Source: Octopus sinensis (lineage: Eukaryota). Taken from it: 64,000 nucleotides of DNA. The stretch's first letter is position 1; each line of letters starts with the position of its first letter. A program made the position numbers and the translations under genes. The DNA lies in assembly GCF_006345805.1 (NCBI RefSeq), contig NC_043019.1:28271360-28335359 (forward strand), written 5' to 3'. Positions 25,501-39,212 of the stretch are shown in pieces. The notes beneath the pieces are model-generated. The model had not been told where the DNA came from and did no database searches. It saw only the letters and a program-made list of their open reading frames with translations.

Positions 25501-28500
25501 AAAGCAGTGGTGATGGTGCCACATAAAAAGCACTGGTGGTGGTGCCACATAGAAAGCAGTGGTGATGGTGCCACATAAAAAGCACTGGTGGTGGTGCCAC
25601 ATAGAAAGCAGTGGTGATGGTGCCACATAAAAAGCACTGGTGGTGGTGCCACATAAAAAGCACTGGTGATGGTGCCACATAAAAAGCACTGGTGATGGTT
25701 CCACATAAAAAGCACTGGTGATGGTGCCATATAAAAAGTGCTGGTGATGGTGTCACATAAAAAACACTGGTGATGGTGTCACATAAAAAGCACTGGTGAT
25801 GGTGCCACATAAAAAGCACTGGTGATGGTGTCACATAAAAAACACTGGTGATGGTGTCACATAAAAAGCACTGGTGATGGTGTCACATAAAAAACACTGG
25901 TGATGGTGTCACATAAAAAGTACTGGTGATGGTGTCACATAAAAAACACTGGTGATGGTGTCACATAAAAAGTACTGGTGATGGTGTCACATAAAAAGCA
26001 CTGGTGATGGTGCCATATAAAAAGTGCTGGTGATGGTGTCACATAAAAAACACTGGTGGTGGTGTCACATAAAAAGCACTGGTGGTGGTGCCACATAAAA
26101 AGCACTGGTGATGGTGTCACATAAAAAGTACTGGTGATGGTGTCACATAAAAAACACTGGTGATGGTGTCACATAAAAAGTACTGGTGATGGTGTCACAT
26201 AAAAAGCACTGGTGATGGTGTCACATAAAAAGTACTGGTGATGGTGTCACATAAAAAACACTGGTGGTGGTGTCACATAAAAAGCACTGGTGGTGGTGCC
26301 ACATAAAAAGCACTGGTGATGGTGTCACATAAAAAGTACTGGTGATGGTGTCACATAAAAAACACTGGTGGTGGTGTCACATAAAAAGCACTGGTGGTGG
26401 TGCCACATAAAAAGTACTGGTGATGGTGTCACATAAAAAGCACTGGTGATGGTGTCACATAAAAAGTGCTGGTGATGGTGTCACATAAAAAACACTGGTG
26501 GTGGTGTCACATAAAAAACACTGGTGATGGTGTCACATAAAAAGTACTGGTGATGGTGTCACATAAAAAACACTGGTGATGGTGTCACATAAAAAGTACT
26601 GGTGATGGTGTCACATAAAAAGCACTGGTGGTGGTGCCACATAAAAAGCACTGGTGATGGTGTCACATAAAAAGTACTGGTGATGGTGTCACATAAAAAA
26701 CACTGGTGATGGTGTCACATAAAAAGTACTGGTGATGGTGTCACATAAAAAGTACTGGTGATGGTGTCACATAAAAAGCACTGGTGATGGTGCCACATAA
26801 AAAGCACTGGTGATGGTGTCACATAAAAAACACTGGTGATGGTGCCACATAAAAAACACTGGTGATGGTGCCACATAAAAAGTACTGTTGATGGTGTCAC
26901 ATAAAAAGCACTGTTGATGGTGCCACATAAAAAGCACTGGTGATGGTGTCACATAAAAAGCACTGGTGATGGTGCCACATAAAAAGCACTGGTGATGGTG
27001 TCACATAAAAAGCACTGGTGATGGTGTCACATAAAAAGCACTGTTGATGGTGCCACATAAAAAGCACTGGTGATGGTGCCACATAAAAAGCACTGGTGAT
27101 GGTGTCACATAAAAAGCACTGTTGATGGTGCCACATAAAAAGCACTGTTGATGGTGCCACATAAAAAGCACTGGTGATGGTGCCACATAAAAAGCACTGT
27201 TGATGGTGCCACATAAAAAACACTGGTGATGGTTCCACATAAAAAGCACTGGTGATGGTGCCACATAAAAAGCACTGGTGATGGTGTCACATAAAAAGTA
27301 CTGGTGATGGTGTCACATAAAAAGCACTGTTGATGGTGCCACATAAAAAGCACTGGTGATGGTGTCACATAAAAAGCACTGGTGATGGTGTCACATAAAA
27401 AGCACTGGTGATGGTGCCACATAAAAAGCACTGGTGATGGTGCCACATAAAAAGCACTGGTGATGGTGTCACATAAAAAACACTGGTGATGGTGTCACAT
27501 AAAAAGCACTGGTGATGGTGTCATAAAAAACACTGGTGATGGTGTCACATAAAAAGCACTGGTGATGGTTCCACATAAAAAACACTGGTGATGGTGCCAC
27601 ATAAAAAGCACTGGTGATGGTTCCACATAAAAAACACTGGTGATGGTGCCACATAAAAAGCACTGGTGATGGTGCCACATAAAAAGCACTGGTGATGGTG
27701 TCACATAAAAAACACTGGTGATGGTGTCACATAAAAAACACTGGTGATGGTGCCACATAAAAAGCACTGGTGATGGTGTCACATAAAAAACACTGGTGAT
27801 GGTGCCACATAAAAAACACTGGTGATGGTTCCACATAAAAAGCACTGGTGATGGTTCCACATAAAAAACACTGGTGATGGTTCCACATAAAAAGCACTGG
27901 TGATGGTTCCACATAAAAAGCACTGGTGATGGTGTCACATAAAAAGCACTGGTGATGGTGTCACATAAAAAACACTGGTGATGGTTCCACATAAAAAGCA
28001 CTGGTGATGGTGTCACATAAAAAGCACTGGTGATGGTTCCACATAAAAAGCACTGGTGATGGTGTCACATAAAAAGCACTGGTGATGGTGTCACGTAAAA
28101 AGCACTGGTGATGGTTCCACATAAAAAGCACTGGTGATGGTGTCACATAAAAAGCACTGGTGATGGTTCCACATAAAAAACACTGGTGATGGTGCCACAT
28201 AAAAAGCACTGGTGATGGTTCCACATAAAAAGCACTGGTGATGGTTCCACATAAAAAACACTGGTGATGGTGCCACATAAAAAGCACTGGTGATGGTTCC
28301 ACATAAAAAACACTGGTGATGGTCCACATAAAAAGCACTGGTGATGGTGTCACATAAAAAACACTGGTGATGGTGTCACATAAAAAACACTGGTGATGGT
28401 GCCACATAAAAAGCACTGGTGATGGTTCCACATAAAAAGCACTGGTGATGGTTCCACATAAAAAACACTGGTGATGGTGCCACATAAAAAGCACTGGTGA

Positions 28501-31500
28501 TGGTTCCACATAAAAAACACTGGTGATGGTTCCACATAAAAAGCACTGGTGATGGTTCCACATAAAAAGCACTGGTGATGGTTCCACATAAAAAACACTG
28601 GTGATGGTGCCACATAAAAAGCACTGGTGATGGTTCCACATAAAAAACACTGGTGATGGTTCCACATAAAAAGCACTGGTGATGGTGTCACATAAAAAAC
28701 ACTGGTGATGGTGTCACATAAAAAACACTGGTGATGGTGCCACATAAAAAGCACTGGTGATGGTTCCACATAAAAAGCACTGGTGATGGTTCCACATAAA
28801 AAACACTGGTGATGGTGCCACATAAAAAGCACTGGTGATGGTTCCACATAAAAAACACTGGTGATGGTTCCACATAAAAAGCACTGGTGATGGTGTCACA
28901 TAAAAAGCACTGGTGATGGTTCCACATAAAAAACACTGGTGATGGTGCCACATAAAAAGCACTGGTGATGGTTCCACATAAAAAGCACTGGTGATGGTTC
29001 CACATAAAAAACACTGGTGATGGTGCCACATAAAAAGCACTGGTGATGGTTCCACATAAAAAGCACTGGTGATGGTTCCACATAAAAAGCACTGGTGATG
29101 GTGCCACATAAAAAGCACTGGTGATGGTTCCACATAAAAAACACTGGTGATGGTTCCACATAAAAAGCACTGGTGATGGTTCCACATAAAAAGCACTGGT
29201 GATGGTTCCACATAAAAAACACTGGTGATGGTGCCACATAAAAAGCACTGGTGATGGTGCCACATAAAAAGCACTGGTGATGGTTCCACATAAAAAGCAC
29301 TGGTGATGGTCCACATAAAAAACACTGGTGATGGTGCCACATAAAAAGCACTGGTGATGGTTCCACATAAAAAGCACTGGTGATGGTGTCACATAAAAAG
29401 CACTGGTGATGGTCCCACATAAAAACACTGGTGATGGTCCCACATAAAAAACTGGTGATGGTGCCACATAAAAAGCACTGGTGATGGTTCCACATAAAAA
29501 ACTGGTGATTGTGCTACATAAAAAGCACTGGTGATGGTCCACATAAAAAGCACTGGTGATGGTGCCACATAAAAAGCACTGGTGATGGTCCACATAAAAA
29601 GCACTGGTGATGGTGTCACATAAAAAGCACTGGTGATGGTCCACATAAAAAGCACTGGTGATGGTGCCACATAAAAAGCACTGGTGATGGTTCCACATAA
29701 AAACACTGGTGATGGTGCCACATAAAAAGCACTGGTGATGGTCCACATAAAAAACACTGGTGATTGTGCTACATAAAAAGCACTGGTGATGGTGCCACAT
29801 AAAAAGCACTGGTGATGGTGTCACATAAAAAGCACTGGTGATGGTTCCACATAAAAAACACTGGTGATTGTGCTACATAAAAAGCACTGGTGATGGTGCC
29901 ACATAAAAAGCACTGGTGATGGTGCCACATAAAAAGCACTGGTGATGGTGCCACATAAAAAGCACTGGTGATGGTTCCACATAAAAAACTGGTGATGGTG
30001 CCACATAAAAAGCACTGGTGATGGTTCCACATAAAAAACACTGGTGATGGTTCCACATAAAAAGCACTGGTGATGGTTCCACATAAAAAGCACTGGTGAT
30101 GGTTCCACATAAAAAACACTGGTGATGGTTCCACATAAAAAGCACTGGTGATGGTGTCACATAAAAAGCACTGGTGATGGTTCCACATAAAAAACACTGG
30201 TGATGGTGCCACATAAAAAGCACTGGTGATGGTTCCACATAAAAAGCACTGGTGATGGTTCCACATAAAAAACACTGGTGATGGTGCCACATAAAAAGCA
30301 CTGGTGATGGTTCCACATAAAAAGCACTGGTGATGGTGCCACATAAAAAGCACTGGTGATGGTGCCACATAAAAAGCACTGGTGATGGTGCCACATAAAA
30401 AGCACTGGTGATGGTGCCACATAAAAAGCACTGGTGATGGTTCCACATAAAAAGCACTGGTGATGGTGCCACATAAAAAGCACTGGTGATGGTGCCACAT
30501 AAAAAGCACTGGTGATGGTTCCACATAAAAAACACTGGTGATGGTGCCACATAAAAAGCACTGGTGATGGTGCCACATAAAAAGCACTGGTGATGGTGCC
30601 ACATAAAAAGCACTGGTGATGGTTCCACATAAAAAACACTGGTGATTGTGCTACATAAAAAGCACTGGTGATGGTGCCACATAAAAAGCACTGGTGATGG
30701 TGTCACATAAAAAGCACTGGTGATGGTTCCACATAAAAAACACTGGTGATTGTGCTACATAAAAAGCACTGGTGATGGTGCCACATAAAAAGCACTGGTG
30801 ATGGTGCCACATAAAAAGCACTGGTGATGGTGCCACATAAAAAGCACTGGTGATGGTTCCACATAAAAAACACTGGTGATGGTGCCACATAAAAAGCACT
30901 GGTGATGGTGCCACATAAAAAGCACTGGTGATGGTTCCACATAAAAAACACTGGTGATGGTGCCACATAAAAAGCACTGGTGATGGTGCCACATAAAAAG
31001 CACTGGTGATGGTGCCACATAAAAAGCACTGGTGATGGTTCCACATAAAAAACACTGGTGATTGTGCTACATAAAAAGCACTGGTGATGGTCCCACATAA
31101 AAAACACTGGTGATTGTGCTACATAAAAAGCACTGGTGATGGTCCCACATAAAAAACACTGGTGATGGTCCCACATAAAAAACTGGTGATTGTGCTACAT
31201 AAAAAGCACTGGTGATGGTCCACATAAAAAACTGGTGATTGTGCTACATAAAAAGCACTGGTGATGGTCCCACATAAAAAACACTGGTGATGGTCCCACA
31301 TAAAAAACACTGGTGATTGTGCTACATAAAAAGCACTGGTGATGGTCCCACATAAAAAACACTGGTGATTGTGCTACATAAAAAGCACTGGTGATGGTCC
31401 CACATAAAAAGCACTGGTGATTGTGCTACATAAAAAGCACTGGTGATGGTCCCACATAAAAAACACTGGTGATTGTGCTACATAAAAAGCACTGGTGATG

Positions 31501-31773
31501 GTCCCACATAAAAAACACTGGTGATGGTCCCACATAAAAAACACTGGTGATTGTGCTACATAAAAAGCACTGGTGATGGTCCCACATAAAAAGCACTGGT
31601 GATTGTGCTACATAAAAAGCACTGGTGATGGTGTCACATAAAAAGCACTGGTGATGGTGCCACATAAAAAGTACTGGTGGTGGTGTCACATAAAAAGTAC
31701 TGGTGGTGGTGTCACATAAAAAGCACTGATGATGGTGTCAAATAAAAAGTGCTGGTGATGGTTCCACATAAAG
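22591..31773. repeat. Intronic satellite array: 26-bp monomer CACATAAAAAGCACTGGTGATGGTGC, about 350 copies, about 9.2 kb
   Basis: Contiguous head-to-tail monomers with no spacers, degenerate monomers at both edges and regionally clustered variants. Confidence 0.99.
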
Positions 31774-31902
31774 AGACTGATAGAACAAGTACTAAGCTTA
31801 ACAAATATGTCCTGGGGTTGATTTGTTTGAATAAAACCCTTCAAAGCGAGGCTCCAGCATGGCCGCAGTCAAATGACTGAAACAAGTTAAAAAATAAAAG
31901 AA
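31771..31902 (+). mobile_element. SINE type A 3' half fused directly to the right end of the satellite
   Basis: aaagagactgatagaacaagtact...gctccagcatggccgcagtcaaatgactgaaacaag matches the type A 3' region. Confidence 0.8.
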
Positions 31903-34713
31903 CAAGAATCCCTACCAAAGATTAACATCTAAGTTGAAAGGTTTCAACTTAGCCCCATTTGCCCAGACACAAGCTCCTGGACATTCATATAGGGGCTACA
32001 TAGCAATGAGAAATTGCCCATTAATCCCTATCTCCTGCAAAGCCTTCCACAACATGTCCTGCAGCACACGGCCATTTTGAGGACTACGAAGCAAGTGTAC
32101 ATTTCTTGACAATATTGGTTTTAAATTTCGGCACAAGGCCTACGAGCTCAAGGGAGTTGGCTAAGTCAATTACATTGACCCCAGTGCTCAGCTGGTACTT
32201 ATTTTAGTGACTCTGCAAGGATGAAAAGTAAATTCGACCTTGGTGGAATTTGAACTCAGAACAAACATAAAGATGGATGAAATGCTGCTAAGCATTTTGC
32301 CTGACATGCTAACAGTTCTGGTGCCAGTTCACTACCGTTCTGGAAAATAATTGTGTCAAATTTTGGCACAAGGCTAGCAAGGTCAGGAGTGGGGCTAAGT
32401 CAGTTACATCGACCCCACCACCAGAACTCAACTGGTACTTATTTTATTGACACCTGAAAAGATGAAGGATAAAGTTGACCTCGGCAGAACTTCAAGACAG
32501 ACAAAATGCCCCTAAATAGTTTGCTTGATATGCTAACAATTCTGTCTATTTGCTGTCTATTTGCCTTTCTTGACAGTATTCCAATGGTTTCTTGAAGACC
32601 TGTTATCGAGTGAGTCCCTGGTCAGTTGTGCTGTATCAGGATGGATGGAAACCATACTGTTCTGTTTTGGAACATAATTTATGAAAAATGGTTTTCTTAC
32701 ATAAAATTACAACTGAAGGCAATGATTTAATGCGGACACTTTAAACAAGTGGTTTTATATCAAAGAATGTGCAATAATCTGAGTTCATTATGAAATAGAC
32801 ATACATTTGAAATATTAAGACTTGCATTCCACTTTTCAACCATTCATTAACATGTTGTACATGAAAACTATAAATAGAGATGTAAACATTGGCTTTTCAT
32901 CCTATGCTTTTCAGTTGCAATTATAAGACAGTAATTTTACATAGCAGGATGCAATTACTCTAGTTGGAAGATTGCTAATTAATATGTAATTAATATGTAA
33001 TTCATTGGAAGATTGGGAATCCAAAGAAAGTTGCAGTGATGTGCTTTGGCTATAATTAGTCAAATGGAAAACGATTTGTCTTAAGAAAGTTTAATAAGTT
33101 CACTTGCTGTGAGCAGTGAAGAGAAAGTGGTGTTACCTCCTGGACTGTGGCATAAGTATACATTCACCTACAGCCCAAGCAACAGCACTGCTTTTTTCAT
33201 CCCTCCTACACTCTCATTTGTAGGGCAAACCATTAAATAACAGATTTTTTCATGCCTCACAATAACTGAAATTGTTGAATTCTCCTGTATAATGATTTTG
33301 AGTTAATTTTAATCCTTTGAACACAGAAAGCTGATATCATCATCATCGTTTAACGTTCACTTTCCATGCTAGCATGGGTTGGACGGTTTGACTGAGGACT
33401 GGCAAGGTTTCTACAGCTGGATGCCCTTCCTAAGGCCAACCACTCTGAGAGTGTAGTGTGTGCTTTTTACGTGCCACCAGCATGGGGACCAGTCAGGTGG
33501 TACTGACATCAACCACGCTCGAATGGTGCTTTTTACCTGCCACCACCATGGGGACCTGTCAGGTGGAACTGACATCCACCACACTCGAATGGTGCTTTTT
33601 ACATGCCACCAGAATGGGGGCCATTAATCCTTTAGCATTTGGATTATTCTGTCAAATGTAATGCTTATTTTTTCACATTGTTTTGAATTTATGATACAGT
33701 ACCTTAAAAGCTGCACTCCATGCAGATGTTTAGGCTAGCGCCTGCGGTGGGGTAATTGGGCCAGCAGCCCAAAACTGATGAGAGCAACAATAAAAAGCAT
33801 TTATTTATACCCTACCAATATGGTATTACTTTAAATTCAGTTTAAATTAAAAAAACTTGTAAATTCACTAATTTTTGGAGTTCTTTTAAAATTTGAATTT
33901 TCAACTGTTACATTATAACAAATCCTCATCCATACCTGATCCCAAGGATGGATCATCATCATCATCATTTAACGTCCGTTCTCCATGCTAGCATGGGTTG
34001 GACGGTTCGACCGGGGATCTGGGAAGCCAGAAGGCTGCACCAGGCTCCAGTCTGATCTGGCAGTGTTTCTACAGCTGGATGCCCTTCCTAATGCCAACCA
34101 CTCTGTGAGTGTAGTGGGTGCTTTTACATGCCACCGGCACAGGTGTCAGGTGAGGCTGGCAACGGCCACGGTCGGATTGGTGCATTTTACGTGCCACCGG
34201 CACGGAAGCCAGTCAAGGCGGCGCTGGTTCAAGAATAAATGAAGGGCAAATTTTCAATCCCAGAATCATCCTGGTTCCCAAAAGGTGTAATATGTCTATG
34301 TAGAGCAAATGTAGACTGAGATACAGGGACAAATGGACAGACAGAATTTTGCGTTTATTATTATAGATTATCTTGTAGCTTTGAGATTTCAATGTGATTG
34401 TATATTTTTAGAATGATATTATAGGATAGGTGTGAGGTGCTGGATTTGGCCAGTTTGAATATGAAATGTGTAGAATATTTGCTGATTTCTTCACCGTATC
34501 CTATGCACAGGAGGCTAAGGGGTTGCTAACACTTGCCAGTCTATAGGGACAACTTACTCTCTGTTTTACAGTCTGCCAGTATTCATTCACAAGGTATTGG
34601 TCAGTCTAGATCTGTAGCAGAAGGCACTTGTCAAAGGTGCCACATAGTGGGAATGAACCTGAAACCATGTGGTTAGGATGCAAACTTCTTACCGCTCAAC
34701 ATCGTCTGTGTCT

Positions 34714-35118
34714 ACTCTCTCTTTTACTCTTTTACTTGTTTCAGTCATTTGAGTGTGGCCATGCTGGAGCACTGCCTTTAGTCGAGCAAATCAACCCCAG
34801 GACTTAGTCTTTGTAAGCCTAGTACTTATTCTATCGGTCTCTTTTACCGAACCGCTAAGTTACGGGGATGTAAACACACCAGCATCAGTTGTCAAGCGAT
34901 GTTGGGGGTACAAACACAGACACACAAACACACACACACACGCATATATACACATGACAGGCTTCTTTCAGTTTTCGCCTACCAAATCCACTCACAAGGC
35001 TTTGGTCAGCCCGAAGCTATAGTAGAAGACACTTGCTCAAGTTACCATGCAGTGGGACTGAACCTGGAACCATGTGGTTGGTAAGCAAGATACTTACCAC
35101 ACAGCCACTCCAGCACCT
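34714..35118 (-). mobile_element. SINE type A, full length, inverted relative to 36006-36454
   Basis: Reverse complement of the type A consensus from head (cagccactccagcacct) to tail (cttttactct). Confidence 0.9.
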
Positions 35119-36005
35119 ATATAAGATTTTATTGTATTGAGGAAATTGGACAGTTCACTATCTCAATGTGGCCAATGATTTTATATAAGAGGTTATATAG
35201 TATTCAAAGATGGTATGTATATGTTGGGAAGTTTTCTACTAGGGGTTGGAGGTGGGGGTAAGGTAGGTTTGTTTGTTTATAGCTTCCTTGGTTTCCCTTG
35301 GGTTTATTTGGCTTTTATATTCATTCAATGTCTATGTGTGTGTTTGTGTGTGAAGGTAGATGGGTGTGTGTGTGTGTGTCTTGTGATATTGCTGAGCCAG
35401 GTGTATGATGAATTAGAAGCGGATTGTAAATGATTTTATTTTTAGAAATCAGGTGTGAAATCATTTCCTTAGGGTACCATGTATTTGTGTGTGTGTGTAT
35501 GTCTGTGTATGCACATATATGCATGTGCGTGTGTGTGTATGTGTGTGTGTGTAAATGGAATTTTAATGGATGAAAAATAATTGAGGTATATGTAGCTATG
35601 AGGTCAAAAGGTGATAGTTAGCTGTATGTCCCAACCCTTTGCCTTTCCTGTATGTTTCTCGCTTGTGATGTACAGGACTTATTCCCCTGGCGTCCATATA
35701 TCATATATGATACACACTCCCAGTTTATCTCAGCCTCCGGAATAACTTTGGATATATGAAAGGAAAACTTTATATTCCTCAGAACGTATGAAATAAGCAC
35801 TAATGTTTGTGTGTGTGTGTATGTCATTATTCAGTTTATTTCAAGATTTCTTGCCAATAGAGAAAGAATCAGTTTCTAACCTAGATCCAAGGTTCCTTTG
35901 TTGGAATTTCAACATCAACAACAGGGTATTTTTGTTTGTATGCATGCATGCATGTATGTATGTATGTATGTATGTATGTATGTATGTATGCATGCATGCA
36001 TATAT

Positions 36006-36454
36006 AGGTGCAGGAGTGGCTGTCTGGTAAGTAGCTTGCTTTCTAACCACATGGTTCCGGATTCAGTCCCACTCACTGCGTGGCACCTTGGGCAAGTATC
36101 TTCTACTATAGCCTCAGGCTGACCAAAGCCTTGTGAGTGGATTTGGTAGACAGAAACTGAAAGAAGCCCATCGTATATATGTGTGTGTGTGTGCGCGCAC
36201 GCGTGTGTGTGTGTGTGTATGTATATGTATGCATGTGTATGTTTGTGTGTCTGTGTTTGTCCCCCCAGCATTGCTTGACAACCGATGCTGGTGTGTTTAC
36301 GTCCCCGTAACTTAGTGGTTCGGCAAAAGAGACCGATAGAATAAGCACTAGGCTTACAAAGACTAAGTTCTGGGGTCGATTTGCTCGACTAAAAGGCGGT
36401 GCTCCAGCATGGCCACTGTCAAATGACTGAAATAAGTAAAAGAATAAAAGAATA
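36006..36454 (+). mobile_element. SINE type A, full length
   Basis: Same head, internal microsatellite and tail as 49593-50045. Confidence 0.9.
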
Positions 36455-36629
36455 CATGTGTAGTGTATCATGTGAATCACAGGACACTTGGCTGATAATG
36501 TAAGGTCTCAAAAACTAAAATATATATTGCCCACCAACTGAATCAAAATCATAACACAGAAAATTATCTTAGTCCTTTGCTTGTCCTTATTACATGTGAT
36601 ACACAGGTCATATTTCTCTAGCGTCCATA

Positions 36630-37014
36630 TCTTTATATATAAAACTAAAGTTGTGTGTCTGTCTCCTACGATTTAGATTCCTAACTACTCCCACATTTTG
36701 CGGTGCAGTGTAACCAAAAGTGGGTATCTTATAGTTGTGATTCATATCGAGCCCTTCTGGGTATTAGTGCGCATCTACGATGAGTCTATGATTAAAAAAA
36801 AAATTTACCATCATTTTTTCCCCATTTTTTTGCTATTATATAAGGGAAGTAACTCTCTAAAAATGTATTATTAAATCTCAGAACGTAAAAAGCTACAGTA
36901 ACACCCCACTTTGTGGTTAGCCATATTGAGATGGCTATTATACTTTACATCTCTAAAAATGCTTATATAGTTATTTCCCTTACAAACCCGAACAACGCCG
37001 GGCGATACTGCTAG
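36630..37014 (+). mobile_element. Non-autonomous Helitron (385 bp)
   Basis: Starts 5'-TC(tttatatataaaa), ends with the sub-terminal hairpin cccgaacaacgccggg and CTAG, and sits between A (36629) and T (37015) without a TSD. Confidence 0.85.
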
Positions 37015-38136
37015 TATCATATAATACAGATTTCCAATTTATTTCAGTGACCAGAGTAACTTGGGACTTATGAAAGGAAGGCTTTATATTACTCAGAACT
37101 TATGAAACAAGGGCTAACTAAAAGTCTGAAAACAAGCATGGATGTTTAGGGGACTAACTGGTGAAAATGCTTCGGACAAGTAAAGGGTTCATTCTCATTA
37201 GAATGCCAGTGCATGTTGGGAAATGTGTGTGTGTATGCAGAATGGTAGTACAGTCTTTAGACTGGAGATGATGTTTTGAAAAGTTAGGATCATGGCAGAT
37301 GTTGGTGTGGAGTTCATGTGTATGAGTTTAGCAGATGTAGCTAGTTTTTAAGGATTAAGAAAAATAAATTTGCCTAATTATTAGATTAGGTTAGAGAGGT
37401 ATTAAGCCTAATTATGAGATATCTTTTATCTTTTGCTTGTTTCAGTCAATAGACTGTGGCCATACTGAAGCATCACCTTAAAGAATTTTATTCAAATGAA
37501 TTGACCCTACTACCTTTTTTCTTTTAAAACCTGATACTTATTTGCCGAACCACTAAGTTATGGGGACACACCAACACCAGTTGTGAAGAGGTGATGGGGG
37601 ACAAAAACAGATGCAAAGATGCAAATATATATATGTTTGTGTGTTTGTGTTTGTCCCCCCAACATGCTGGAGTGTTTACATCCCTGTAACTTATTGGTTC
37701 GGCAAAAGAGACCAATAGAACAAGTACTAGTCTTACAAAGAATAAGTCCTGGGGTCGATTTGCTCAACTAAAAAGGTGGTGCTCCAGCATGGCCACAGTC
37801 AAATGACTGAAACAAGTAAAAGAATAAAAGAATAGTTAGGAAATGGTTGGGAATCATTGGTTTAACCCTTTTAGTATTCAGGTTTCTTTGCCCAGTTTAT
37901 TGCTCATTTATTCACATTGGTTTGAATTAATCACACATTACCTTTTAGTTTCAAGATCACAGTGGTGTGCTTGTGTATTTTTAGCATGACATTGCAGGGT
38001 AAGTGTGAGAAGTTGGATCTTTTCTCATAAAACAGGTAGAATATTTGGAACAGATATGGCTGGTTTAAATGCTAAATGGTTAAATAAATGTGAAATAATA
38101 AGTTCTTTTTTTTTCTCTTTTATTCTTTAATTTCAG

Positions 38137-38232
38137 CATGACTGCTGTCCTATCCATGTGGCGTCTCAAGGGAAAATGGAAATTGTGAAGATGTTATTGG
38201 AAGCCGGTAGCAAAGTTAATGTAAAAGACAAT
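38137..38232 (+). CDS. Ankyrin-repeat protein, coding exon 2 (HDCCPIHVASQGKMEIVKMLLEAGSKVNVKDN)
   Basis: Long polypyrimidine tract plus tttcag acceptor, GTAAGT donor, 96 nt, phase 0-0. Matches the ankyrin pattern P.H.A..G..EIVKMLLEAG..VN.KD. Confidence 0.93.
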
Positions 38233-38593
38233 GTAAGTTTTCCAGGTAAAACTTTATAGAAATGAGAAAATAGTGGAGTGAGATAAATGCTCGTACAGGT
38301 TAGACTGCTTAAATCTGGCCCCATCAACTCCGAGGAGCCAGCACATTTTGAATCTCCATCCATTTGTTTGGGGTTTTTATTACTTTATATTACAAAAAAG
38401 AGCAATAATAAAAACACCTGTTTGGAAGAATTCTTAGTTATTTCCTGTTTTTGGCCTTGTTCTCATCATCTGGATTTGACAAGACATCAAGCGTATATGT
38501 GAAATGAGATGGCTATGCTGGGATGGCATGGTTGTTGTTAAAGAATTGCTTCAAGAAAAGCTAGTTTAAAAAAACATTTACAATAAAATGACT

Positions 38594-38633
<40 letters not shown>

Positions 38634-38746
38634 AAGAGGATTTTGCCAATTGTTGACTGGTAATTTCCATAACTAAATGATTAAAATTTAATGGTATTTT
38701 TAAATGGAGGACAATAGACTACATCATATATATATATATGTGTGTG

Positions 38747-38778
<32 letters not shown>

Positions 38779-38806
38779 GATAATAATAATAATAATAATA
38801 ATAATA

Positions 38807-38809
<3 letters not shown>

Positions 38810-38839
<30 letters not shown>

Positions 38840-39212
38840 TGAGGGAATATTAATCCTAACTTACAGGGAAAAAAATTCAATTTAGAAATACTAAATCAAA
38901 TTTCACACAATATAATATATATATATAAAATTAGAAAGAACCACCTTTTATCAATTCAAAATGAACAATTAAATTACACCATCTAGAAAATTACATATAA
39001 TAGAAATATTAAAATTTAAATAACAATAAAATGTCAATGATTAAGTAAATTGCAAAAAAAATAATAAAAACGTATATAACTGGTAGAATAACGACATGTT
39101 TTTTTTCTAATTTTTTATATATATATTATATTGTGTGAAATTTGATTTAGTATTTCTAAATTGAATTTTTTTGCTTATAAGTTTGGATTTTATTCCTTCA
39201 AATAATAATAAT
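38810..39212. mobile_element. AT-rich MITE with about 110-bp TIRs embedded in (TAA)n/(TA)n
   Basis: tttgagggaatattaatcc...aaattcaatttagaaatactaaatcaaatttcacacaatataat is inverted at 39105-39205. Confidence 0.7.

Noticed and set aside
22525-31689. Dozens of long His/Cys-rich minus-strand ORFs as real genes
   Set aside because: All are the same 26-aa translation of a stop-free 26-bp satellite in overlapping frames, with no gene structure.
22591-31773. CRISPR-like array
   Set aside because: Monomers are contiguous with no unique spacers, no cas genes are present and the context is a eukaryotic intron.
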